Shown here: piece by piece, positions 40,647 to 49,181 of the stretch
Layout: the number at the start of each line of letters is the position of its first letter
Numbering within the stretch: position 1 is the first letter of the stretch
Assembly (NCBI GenBank): GCA_964575235.1
Contig: CAZNQG010000001.1
Coordinates: forward strand, 5,467-69,466
Direction: 5' to 3'
Length of the DNA stretch: 64,000 bases
Source: an uncultured Bacteroides sp.
Lineage (GTDB): Bacteria > Bacteroidota > Bacteroidia > Bacteroidales > SM23-62
Notes under the pieces: model-generated
Database searches by the model: none
What the model was told of the DNA's origin: nothing
The model's input: the letters and a program-made list of their open reading frames with translations, nothing else
Position numbers and translations under genes: made by a program

Positions 40647-41147
40647 TTAACTATAGCGTTTGGGATAGTCGAAAAAATCCTTTGCGGGTTTTGCTTTTCC
40701 GACCTGGTCCCAGGATTCGACCCGGTATGTCAGGCTGACGATCCCGGCGGTGGGTATGTTATCCAGGTAATGGTCCATCAACTGGTTTGCCAGGGCGGTG
40801 AAGGCGGGATTATGCCCGAAGACCAGGAGATGGTTGACCGCCTTGTCCTGTTCCCTCACCAGCTCAATGAGTTCATCGGTATAACCCGTATATATGCTGT
40901 CCGAGATCTGTATCTGCCCGTAGGGGAACTTCAGGACGCGTGCAAAAATGATGGCCGTGTACAGCGCGCGGTTTGCGGGACTTGTAATGAAGCGGTCGGG
41001 AACCACCTTCCGGTCACCCAGCTTTTTTGCCATCAGGTAGGCGTTGTTGATGCCCCGGGGACTGAGCGGGCGGTCGATGTCGGATATATCCTCGAAATCC
41101 CAGCTTGATTTCCCGTGCCGGATGATGTGCAGTGTCTTTTCGCTCAT
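40647..41147 (-). CDS. Histidine phosphatase family protein (SixA-like)
   Basis: LHIIRHGKS (RHG catalytic motif) and LVFGHNP. Confidence 0.8.
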   Translation of the reverse strand: MSEKTLHIIRHGKSSWDFEDISDIDRPLSPRGINNAYLMAKKLGDRKVVPDRFITSPANRALYTAIIFARVLKFPYGQIQISDSIYTGYTDELIELVREQDKAVNHLLVFGHNPAFTALANQLMDHYLDNIPTAGIVSLTYRVESWDQVGKAKPAKDFFDYPKRYS

Positions 41148-41199
41148 GGCAGGTGATTTCTACCAAAAATAAGTAAAAATTGGATTCCCGGTGAGCGGT

Positions 41200-42531
41200 T
41201 CAGAGAAGGTTGCTGGCCAGTTCGGCAAGGAAGGACCGTTCGCCCTTTACCAGGTTGACATGGGTAAATATCTCCTGTCCCCGCATCTTGTCCGACAGGT
41301 AAGAAAGCCCGTTGGAGGTCGAATCCAGGTAAGGTGAGTCGATCTGCTCAATGTCTCCCGTAAATACCATTTTTGTGCCCTCGCCTGCGCGTGTGATGAT
41401 GGTTTTGACCTCGTGGGGCGTCAGGTTCTGTGCCTCGTCCACGATGAAGAATACCCGGGAAAGGCTGCGTCCCCGGATGTAAGCCAGGGGTGTGATGACG
41501 AGCTTTTCGTTTTTCAGCATATCGTCGATCTTTGTGAACTCGGGACTCTGCTGGCTGAACTTGTGCTTGATGACCGACAGGTTATCCATCAAAGGCTGCA
41601 TGTAGGGATCGATTTTTTCCTTGACATCGCCCGGGAGAAAACCCAGGTCGCGGTTGGCAAGGGGCACAATGGGCCTTGCCAGGAATATCTGGGTGAATAA
41701 TTTCCGCTGGTAAAGGGCTGAGGCCAGGGCAAGAAGGGTTTTTCCCGTACCTGCCTTGCCGGTAAGGGAGACCAGCTGTACCTCGGGCCGCATCAGGGCA
41801 TCCAGGGCAAAGGCCTGCTCGGCATTCCGGGGTTCAATGCCGTAGGCTTTCTGCTTTTCGACCCGGTCCAGCACATCGTTGAAGGGATCGTAGTGCGCCA
41901 GCGCGCTCGATTTCTCGTTTTTCAGGATGTAATACTGGTGGGCACTCGGCTTCTCCTCGAATCCGAAATCATCGGCCGGAACACCTTCGTAATCCTCGTA
42001 CATGCGCGATATCATCTTGGTGCCGATGCCTTCGACGATGCTGATGCCCTTGTACAGGTCGTCCAGGTTCGCAACCTTGTCGTTCTTGTAATCCTGGGCA
42101 ATTACGCCCAGGGCCTTGGCCTTCATCCTGAGGTTGATGTCCTTGGTGATCAGGATCACATTCCTGGGCGGCTTTTCTTCCTTCAGGTACTGGGCAATGG
42201 CCAGGATGCGGTGATCGGGGGTGTCTTCCGGGAAGGATTTTTTCATCTCTTCGGAATAGGCCTTGCCCGTCTCGATCGAGAGTTTCCCGAGATCCTCGCC
42301 CAGGGGCACTCCGCCGTTGAAAAGCCCATCCCCCGAGAGTTTATCCAGTTCCCTGGTGAATTCCCGTGCGTGGAAATTGATCAGGTCGTTGCCCCTCTTG
42401 AAACGGTCAAGTTCCTCAAGGACCACGATGGGAATGACGACGTCATTCTCTTCGAAATTATAGATACATTTGTAATCATGCAACAGGACGTTCGTATCCA
42501 CGACGAAGGTCTTCTTGGCTTTCTTCGGCAT
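41200..42531 (-). CDS. PhoH family ATPase with N-terminal PIN domain (YlaK-like)
   Basis: The PIN-like N-terminus reads FVVDTNVLL, and the PhoH P-loop reads LTGKAGTGKT. The start is taken at ATG 42531 (MPKKAKK) because the ORF-track start is TTG. Confidence 0.9.
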   Translation of the reverse strand: MPKKAKKTFVVDTNVLLHDYKCIYNFEENDVVIPIVVLEELDRFKRGNDLINFHAREFTRELDKLSGDGLFNGGVPLGEDLGKLSIETGKAYSEEMKKSFPEDTPDHRILAIAQYLKEEKPPRNVILITKDINLRMKAKALGVIAQDYKNDKVANLDDLYKGISIVEGIGTKMISRMYEDYEGVPADDFGFEEKPSAHQYYILKNEKSSALAHYDPFNDVLDRVEKQKAYGIEPRNAEQAFALDALMRPEVQLVSLTGKAGTGKTLLALASALYQRKLFTQIFLARPIVPLANRDLGFLPGDVKEKIDPYMQPLMDNLSVIKHKFSQQSPEFTKIDDMLKNEKLVITPLAYIRGRSLSRVFFIVDEAQNLTPHEVKTIITRAGEGTKMVFTGDIEQIDSPYLDSTSNGLSYLSDKMRGQEIFTHVNLVKGERSFLAELASNLL

Positions 42532-42625
42532 CCAACGGCGTTTTAAGGTAAGATCTTCTAAAATTAGCAATAATTACCTTGATAAATTGTTGGAAAATTG
42601 TTCATAACCTGTTAAATACGAGAAA

Positions 42626-43150
42626 ATGAACGAATCCGCTAATCCCGTAATTGACGCGATATTAAAGAGAAGGAGCATCAGGCGCTACCTCGGGAAGTCT
42701 GTTGATAAATCCACAATCAATCAATTGTTAAAAGCCGGTATGTATGCACCTTCGGCGCGCAACCAGCAGCCCTGGCATTTCCTGGTTATAGAGGAACGCG
42801 GACTGATGAATAAACTCATGGGGATCCACCCCTATGCATCCATGCTGTCCGGTGCGGCCCTGGCCATCCTGGTCTGTGGCGACGAAACGCTAGAGCTCAG
42901 CAGGGGATACTGGTCGGTGGACTGTGCCGCGGCGACCCAAAACATCCTGCTGGCCGCACATGCCTTGGGACTGGGGACCGTTTGGCTTGGCGTCTACCCA
43001 AGGGAGGAAAGGCAGAAAGGGATCCGGCGCTTGTTCGACCTTCCTTCCCACATCCATCCTTTTTCCCTGATATCCGTCGGCTTCCCTGCCGAAGAGAAAC
43101 CTGTGCCGGACCGGTTCAGGGAGGACCGGATTCGCTGGAACGCCTGGTAG
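42626..43150 (+). CDS. Nitroreductase family protein
   Basis: RRSIRRY, PSARNQQPW and LGTVWLG. Confidence 0.85.
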   Translation: MNESANPVIDAILKRRSIRRYLGKSVDKSTINQLLKAGMYAPSARNQQPWHFLVIEERGLMNKLMGIHPYASMLSGAALAILVCGDETLELSRGYWSVDCAAATQNILLAAHALGLGTVWLGVYPREERQKGIRRLFDLPSHIHPFSLISVGFPAEEKPVPDRFREDRIRWNAW

Positions 43151-43153
43151 GAA

Positions 43154-44449
43154 ATGCTGATGAATTACGAAGAGGCCATATCCTTGCTGTTCTCAAGCCT
43201 GCCCATGTACCAGAGGGTAGGAAAGGCGGCTTATAAATCCACCCTCGACAACACCCTCGAACTGGATGATTATTTCGGTCATCCCCACAGGGCGTTTGAC
43301 AGCATCCACGTCGGGGGTACCAACGGAAAGGGCTCGGTTGCCCACATGCTGGCGGCCGTCCTGCAGAAGGCCGGGTACCGAACCGGCCTGTATACTTCCC
43401 CGCACCTCAAGGATTTCCGTGAGCGGATCCGGGTGGACGGGGAAATGATCCCCCGGGAAGCGGTAACGGATTTTGTCAATGCCCACAGGGCCATCCTGGA
43501 CCGGGTGCGTCCCTCTTTTTTCGAGATGACCGTGGCCATGGCTTTCGATCACTTTGCCAGGGAAAAGGTTGATGTGGCTGTGATCGAGGTTGGAATGGGC
43601 GGAAGGCTGGATTCTACCAACATCATCCTGCCGCGGATGTCGGTGATAACCAACATCGGGATGGATCACAGCCAATACCTGGGCGATACGCTTTACAAGA
43701 TTGCCCGGGAAAAGGCCGGCATCATAAAGGCAGGTATCCCGGTCGTGGTCGGGCAGAGACAGGACGAGGTAAGCATTGTGTTCGAACGCAGGGCCGGGGA
43801 ACTGGGTTGTCCACTGTACTTTGCCGACGAGGAATACCGCGTGGACTACGCTTTGAGATCCCTCGCCGGTCAGCAGCTAATGCAGGTATACCGGAACGGG
43901 GAGCCTTTCTTGAAATCGCTGGGAACAGACCTGCTGGGCTTTTACCAGCAGAAAAACATTGTAACCGTTCTGAAGTCCCTCGACGTCCTGGCAGAAGCCG
44001 GCTTTGAGGTCCCCGAACAGTACCTGCGCGGGGGAATGGCCGATGTCAGGGGTATCACGGGATTAAGGGGGCGATGGGAGATACTGGGCCATAATCCACT
44101 GACCATATGCGATGCCGCCCATAACCCGGACGGGATGAAGGAAGCAATGCTGCAAATGCAGCAGATCCCGAGGAAAGAACTTCACTTTATCCTTGGAATG
44201 GTCGATGACAAGGACCCGGGGGGCGTGCTTGCCCTGCTTCCACAAAAGGCGAAGTATTACTTCACCCAGGCTTCCATCCCCAGGGCCATGGACCGTGAAA
44301 AACTCGCCCGCGAGGCCATGAAGTTCGGCCTGCACGGCCAGGTCTCCCCGAATCCGCCGCGTTCGCTGGAAATCGCCAGGTCTGAAGCGGGACCGCATGA
44401 CCTGATCTTTGCGGGGGGAAGCACCTTCCTGGTAGCCGAACTGCTCTGA
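43154..44449 (+). CDS. folC: Bifunctional folylpolyglutamate synthase / dihydrofolate synthase
   Basis: HVGGTNGKGS P-loop, EVGMGGRLDSTN and DAAHNPDG. Confidence 0.9.
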   Translation: MLMNYEEAISLLFSSLPMYQRVGKAAYKSTLDNTLELDDYFGHPHRAFDSIHVGGTNGKGSVAHMLAAVLQKAGYRTGLYTSPHLKDFRERIRVDGEMIPREAVTDFVNAHRAILDRVRPSFFEMTVAMAFDHFAREKVDVAVIEVGMGGRLDSTNIILPRMSVITNIGMDHSQYLGDTLYKIAREKAGIIKAGIPVVVGQRQDEVSIVFERRAGELGCPLYFADEEYRVDYALRSLAGQQLMQVYRNGEPFLKSLGTDLLGFYQQKNIVTVLKSLDVLAEAGFEVPEQYLRGGMADVRGITGLRGRWEILGHNPLTICDAAHNPDGMKEAMLQMQQIPRKELHFILGMVDDKDPGGVLALLPQKAKYYFTQASIPRAMDREKLAREAMKFGLHGQVSPNPPRSLEIARSEAGPHDLIFAGGSTFLVAELL

Positions 44450-44528
44450 ACGTCCCCGAAGCCGGGCAGGGTCCTTGCCGTTCTGAACATTATCGAACTG
44501 CTCGACCTCAGCGGGGATGATGAGTAAC

Positions 44529-44828
44529 CTATTTTCCGGCCTTAAGCATTTCAACGGCTTTGTGCCAGTCGCTGTCCGGATCGCCGGGTTCACCGCTCAG
44601 CATGCGCTCCAGGTATATTTCATGCGCCTTCTGGGAGATCTGCTCCTCGGTGAATTGAATTCCTTTTTTAGCGGTTGACCGGGTTGTTTTTTTCGCAGCG
44701 GGTTGTTTTTTTGAAGCCGCAGGCCCGGTCGTTTTTGTCTTGCCGGCCGATGCCTTCGATGGGGTTTTGCTTACAGCCTTCTTCGACGCGGCTCCCGCAC
44801 TTTTAGAGGTTCCTTTTTTTGTGGCCAT
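44529..44828 (-). CDS. Small protein: Lys/Ala-rich histone-H1-like N-terminus + DUF2934-like C-terminus
   Basis: The N-terminus reads MATKKGTSKSAGAASKKAVSKTPSKASAGKTKTT...AAKKTTRSTAKKG. The C-terminus follows the DUF2934 pattern EQISQKAHEIYLERMLSGEPGDPDSDWHKAVEML. Confidence 0.6.
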   Translation of the reverse strand: MATKKGTSKSAGAASKKAVSKTPSKASAGKTKTTGPAASKKQPAAKKTTRSTAKKGIQFTEEQISQKAHEIYLERMLSGEPGDPDSDWHKAVEMLKAGK

Positions 44829-45116
44829 AGCTTATGATTTTAGCAATAATAACTTTATTTTCTTTCCAAACCGTATGTCTACTTCCAGCTCGGGATCAAT
44901 GAAGTATTCAAGCAATCAAAATTAAATAATAATCCAACAGATTATGACGATTCTTAGAGATATAATTTACCCCGACGGAAAGAAATTTATTAACGGACCT
45001 GCGGAGTTCAATGCCTGCCAGAAAAACCTTCAACGGCTTTATCCGGTGACGGACCGCCAACCGTTGGTCCCTGATCCATAACGGCTCTCTACAGAGCTTG
45101 TTTTTTATGTAAAGCC

Positions 45117-45147
45117 TTTGTTAAAATAAAATAGTCCCCTATATTTG
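45117..45147 (+). promoter_or_regulatory. Bacteroidota-type promoter for tRNA-Val (TTTG-N19-TATATTTG)
   Basis: TTTG at 45117-45120 and TATATTTG at 45140-45147, separated by a 19-nt spacer. The -7 box ends 31 nt before the tRNA 5' end. This matches the published Bacteroides consensus TTTG / TAnnTTTG. Confidence 0.5.
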
Positions 45148-45178
45148 CAGCCGCTCGCGGGGCATCCCCAGATCGCCC

Positions 45179-45253
45179 GGGCGATTAGCTCAGTTGGTTC
45201 AGAGCACCTGCCTTACAAGCAGGGGGTCACTGGTTCGAATCCAGTATCGCCCA
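45179..45253 (+). tRNA. tRNA-Val (anticodon TAC)
   Basis: 75 nt. The acceptor stem GGGCGAT/ATCGCCC is fully paired. The D-arm is GCTC...GAGC, the anticodon arm is CCTGC-CTTACAA-GCAGG, and the T-arm is ACTGG-TTCGAAT-CCAGT. The discriminator is A and no CCA is encoded. Confidence 0.93.
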
Positions 45254-45266
45254 CCCAATAAAATAA

Positions 45267-45300
45267 GGCCTTTCGGTGTTTTCGTTGAAAGGCCCTTTTT
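45267..45300 (+). terminator. Rho-independent terminator candidate after tRNA-Val
   Basis: GGCCTTTC (45267-45274) pairs with GAAAGGCC (45287-45294) around a 12-nt loop. The tail is CTTTTT. Confidence 0.55.
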
Positions 45301-45431
45301 CTTTGGTTTAAATATGGTTTAAATATTTTTATGTTATTGTTTTATCCTTCAGTTTACTAATTTACCTTTCCAGTACTCCTGGGATCTATCATTACTTCAA
45401 TAAAGAATCACCTTAAACTTGACTACTGTAT

Positions 45432-45540
45432 ATTCCGGTGAGCATTGACCCACCATTCCGGCGACCTTTGACCCATCATTCCGGAGCATTGACCCCCCTG
45501 ATTTCAAGTTAGCCGATGTGTCATTCCGGCGCTTTGACCC
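45432..45540 (+). repeat. IS21-A left-end multiple terminal repeats (4 x (C)ATTCCGG-N4-6-TTGACCC)
   Basis: The four units lie at 45432-45451, 45454-45474, 45477-45495 and 45522-45540. Multiple subterminal repeats are a hallmark of IS21-family ends. Confidence 0.7.
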
Positions 45541-45605
45541 CCCGTTTCGTGGCAAAAGAAATAATGCTTTGATTTGATGTATTCGCAACATCAAATCACA
45601 AGAAA

Positions 45606-47096
45606 ATGGCTTATCACAAAGTTGAAATGGGAGAAAAGAAATTAGTAAAACGATTATCTGAAAGCGGAGTAAGTATCCACGAAATTGTTCGCCAGACTGG
45701 GCTCTCAAGGAATACAGTCCGAGGATACATCCGTGATGATGATCTGGACGAATCAACCGAAGAGCAATTGGATGACCGGTACAACCAGCTCTTAGAGTTG
45801 TTGCCTGACTATAAGTTAGAACTAGCACGCAAAGGCGTTACCCGTCAGTTATTATGGCTTGAATACAAGCAAAAACATCCCGATGGCTATGGTTACTCCC
45901 AGTTCTGTTATCACTTTCATGAATATCTTAAACGTGATGACGTCACGTTGCATATTGACCAAAAGCCTGGAGATAAGTTGTATGTTGATTTTACGGGTTG
46001 GAAATTAGAGATTGTTGACCGCAATACCGGAGAAATCATACCCCAGGAAGTATTTGTCAGCGTACTTGGCTACAGTTCATTTGGTTATCTCGAAGCCTGT
46101 AATAGCCAGAAGAAAGAAGACTTTCTTCATTGCATGGAGAATACTCTTCGATACATCGGCGGAGTACCTGCTGTCATCGTCCCGGATAATATGAAAGCAG
46201 CCGTCATCCAAGCGGATAATTATGAACCGGATTTGAACCGGAACCTACAGGAATTTGGGGAGCACCATGGCGTAGGGATCCTGCCAGCCAGAAGCCGTAA
46301 GCCGAGAGATAAGGCATGGGTTGAAAGGATGGTCGGGATCATCTACACCCACGTCTTTGCTCCTTTACGCGACCAGGTCTTCCATGATCAGTTTTCATTG
46401 AACCAGGCACTCTGGGACAAGCTGGAGGATCTCAACAACATGCCGCTGCAGAAACGACCGGAAAGTCGGCGTGAACTGCTGGAAAGGGATGAAAGGCCCC
46501 TTCTTAAGGATCTCACAGCTGAGCGGTACGTGGTCAAAGAATATGCTCAAGCGACAGTAATGAAAAACTCCCATGTTCATCTGTCCAGGGATAAACACTA
46601 TTACAGCGTTCCTTACAAATATGTCGGAAAGAAAATCAAGATAAGCTTTACCCGCGATCATGTCAGTGTGTTTTACAATCATCAACAGATTGCTTTTCAT
46701 CAGCGAGATCGCAGACCCTACAAATACACCACAGTTGCAGCTCACTTGCCTTCCACTCATCAGGTGATCCTGGACTGGAATCCGGAAAAGTTCATTAAAC
46801 AAGCATCCGAGATCTCCCAGGAAGTGGAACATTACATGCGGGAGATCCTGGAGAGGAAATATTATCCCGAACAAGCTTACCGAAGTTGTGCTGGCCTGTT
46901 GAACCTGGGAAGGAAGTACGGCCATCAGAGGCTGACAAATGCATGCCGGCGAGCAGCCACGTTCGGTAATTACGGTTACAAGACCATTGGCAATATCCTG
47001 AAAAACAACTATGACAATTTACCTGACTCAACGATACAGCAAAAGAAAAAGCTTCCCTTCCATGATAATATCCGGGGGGTTGGTAATTACAAATGA
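45606..47096 (+). CDS. istA: IS21 family transposase IstA
   Basis: 496 aa with an N-terminal HTH (SIHEIVRQTGLSRNTVRGYI) and an rve/DDE core (YVDFTG..., VIVPDNMKAAV, ...PRDKAWVER). Confidence 0.92.
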   Translation: MAYHKVEMGEKKLVKRLSESGVSIHEIVRQTGLSRNTVRGYIRDDDLDESTEEQLDDRYNQLLELLPDYKLELARKGVTRQLLWLEYKQKHPDGYGYSQFCYHFHEYLKRDDVTLHIDQKPGDKLYVDFTGWKLEIVDRNTGEIIPQEVFVSVLGYSSFGYLEACNSQKKEDFLHCMENTLRYIGGVPAVIVPDNMKAAVIQADNYEPDLNRNLQEFGEHHGVGILPARSRKPRDKAWVERMVGIIYTHVFAPLRDQVFHDQFSLNQALWDKLEDLNNMPLQKRPESRRELLERDERPLLKDLTAERYVVKEYAQATVMKNSHVHLSRDKHYYSVPYKYVGKKIKISFTRDHVSVFYNHQQIAFHQRDRRPYKYTTVAAHLPSTHQVILDWNPEKFIKQASEISQEVEHYMREILERKYYPEQAYRSCAGLLNLGRKYGHQRLTNACRRAATFGNYGYKTIGNILKNNYDNLPDSTIQQKKKLPFHDNIRGVGNYK

Positions 47097-47126
47097 TCTC
47101 AATAATAATCTATCAAAACCAAAAAT

Positions 47127-47801
47127 GTGATGAATGAAATTACACTGAACAAAATGAATGAGATGAAGTTCTACGGTATGCAGCGCACCTTTGAAATGTT
47201 GCTCACTACCAAGAACATTGATCAACTCGGAACGGATGAATTTATACATATGTTGATCCAGGCTGAATGGGAGGACCGCGAAAACAGAAAAGTTAATCGA
47301 TACATTAAGGCAGCCCGGTTCCGTCAAACAGCAACCGTAGAGCAGGTTGATTTTACCACCGCACGGCGATTGGACAAATCTTCTTTCCTTCGTTTTGCTG
47401 ACTGCAGCTTTATCCAAAAGGGTGAAAACATACTGATTACAGGGCCAACCGGTGTTGGTAAAAGCTATCTGGCTTCTGCACTTGGCCACCAGGCTTGCCT
47501 CAAAGGATACAAGGTCAAATACTATAACATGCAAAAATTGATCTCATGGCTGAAAATGTCACAGGCTGATGGAGCCTACTATCGAGAGATAGATAAAATC
47601 GAAAAATACAATCTGTTGATCCTTGATGACTTTGGTCTACAGCCCTTTGATGAGCAATCGAGAATTATACTCTTGGAGATTATTGAAGACCGTTACGATA
47701 AAAAATCCACCATTATAAGCTCTCAGATACCGGTTGCAAAATGGTACGAGCTAATCGGCGAAAATACGATTGCAGATTATCCTAACTTTTTTATTATGTG
47801 A
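47127..47801 (+). pseudogene. istB: IS21 helper ATPase IstB, 3'-truncated (last 7 codons and stop supplied by the RIT inverted repeat)
   Basis: Walker A (GPTGVGKSYLASALG) and Walker B (LLILDDFG) are present. The sequence ends ...GENTIAD|YPNFFIM*. It lacks the ~35-aa AI(L/I)DR(L/I)xHH...SYR tail seen in the istB fragment at 53693..54205. Confidence 0.8.
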
Positions 47802-47803
47802 AG
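47775..47803 (+). repeat. RIT left terminal inverted repeat
   Basis: GATTATCCTAACTTTTTTATTATGTGAAG. Its reverse complement occurs at 51278-51306 as GATTATCCTACCTTTTTTTATTATGTGAAG. Confidence 0.8.
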
Positions 47804-47929
47804 CTGTTTTTTGAAGGATCCTATTAATCAATTACTTATAAATATCCCTTCATCATTTTGTTAGCATAATAATTTCCTTTATATCCTGGGCATAAGCCCT
47901 GATTAAAGGTATCACTAAACAAAATTATT

Positions 47930-49181
47930 ATGCAAAACAATTTCGATTACGAAGAAATTACCTCCAAGGTTTACAATTATCTTAAGGAGGAATTTTCCTA
48001 CAAGTATGTTACCCTTCGTCATTACAGAAGTCGATGGCTTCCCGTTAAAAAGTATATGGAGAAGCATGGGCTAAAATTCATTAACCCGGCAGTGTGTAAA
48101 GGCTTTTTAATCGAGTTTTATAATGGTCGAACTCATGAAGAATTAACTGAAAAAGAAAAATACATCGAGAAATCCGTTTCAGTACTTTCCGAGTATATGG
48201 TGACTGGTTCTGTACAACGGAGATGTAAGGTCAGGTATTTGGACGGTTCTATTGGTCATTTGATGAAGGATTTTATTGCACATAAGCGATCTCATCGTTT
48301 AAGAGTAACAACTCTTGCTAAGATAGAAAGCCACTTGAGCACTTTTAATTTCTGGCTTTCTACGAATGGCATTTGCAGTATTAATGATATCAAACACCAT
48401 CACATTATCACCTTTATTAAAAGCCTTGATCCACATAAAAAAGCTCTCATCCATGATACTTTGATAGATTTACGCGGGTTTTTCAAATTTCTTTATGAGA
48501 AAGGAGTTATTCCTTCCAATTTATCAACCTTTATTCCTAAGGATAATTATCAGAAACAGAATAAATTACCCGCTTATTATACGGAAGCGGAAATTGAAAA
48601 GCTCCTGAAATCGATTGACAGAGGAAATATTGTAGGAAAAAGGGATTATGCTATTTTGGTACTTGCCGCTTATCTCGGTTTGAGGGCATCCGATATCGCC
48701 CGTCTTCGGTTCGAGAACTTACACTGGGATCAGAATACGATCATTCTCAGGCAATACAAGACTGGTAAAAATATAACCCTTCCTTTGTTGCCGGTGGTTG
48801 GGAATGCACTCCTTGATTATATCCAATACGGGAGGCCCAAATCAGATGAACAGTATATTTTTTTTACTTGTGATATCTCCATTCCTTTCCATTCGTGCAC
48901 ATACCATTACTGGTATGATAAACCGAAGATTTTCCTATGCTGGATTTAAATCAACTAACAGGAGATATGGGGGGCATGCCCTCCGCCATAGTCTTGTTAA
49001 GGAATTACTTAACAATAAGCAGTCCCTTCCTGTAATAAGCGAAGTCCTCGGCCATAAAAACACAACTTCGACCCGGCATTATATAAGGATAGATACTGAA
49101 TCCCTTGGTCAATGCGCTTTGGATGTCCCTCTTGTTGACCCAGCATTTTACAACCAGGAAGGAGGTCTATTACTGTCATGA
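47930..49181 (+). pseudogene. RIT tyrosine recombinase 1 (RitA-like), interrupted by a +1 frameshift in a T8 run
   Basis: ORFs 47930..48949 and 48798..49181 are two halves of one gene. Removing one T from the T8 run at 48858-48865 gives ...SDEQYIFLLVISPFLSIRAHTITGMINRR...GGHALRHSLV...LGHKNTTSTRHYIRID (R..HxxR..Y catalytic set), 416 aa in total. Confidence 0.8.

Larger units (their letters stand above)
45427..47777 (+). mobile_element. IS21-family element A, 3'-truncated by RIT insertion
   Basis: The left terminus starts TGT at 45427 and is followed by four direct subterminal repeats. It carries an intact istA and an istB that loses homology at 47777. The right end is absent. Confidence 0.8.

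Noticed and set aside
44944-45081. 46-aa + strand ORF upstream of tRNA-Val
   Set aside because: No motif and it lies below a meaningful length. The region is better explained as the tRNA promoter and leader region.
45432-45540. Short periodic repeats (here and at 53620..53712) as a possible mini-CRISPR array
   Set aside because: The units are ~20 nt and imperfect, with ~2-26-nt gaps. They sit at IS21 termini next to istA and there are no cas genes, so they are IS21 multiple terminal repeats.
45397-45828. 143-aa minus-strand ORF upstream of and overlapping istA
   Set aside because: It covers the IS21-A terminal repeats and the istA 5' end. No motifs are present, and it is an artefact of the repeat region.
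48798-49181. 127-aa ORF as an independent small recombinase gene
   Set aside because: It is the catalytic C-terminal half of the first RIT recombinase, separated only by the T8 frameshift.
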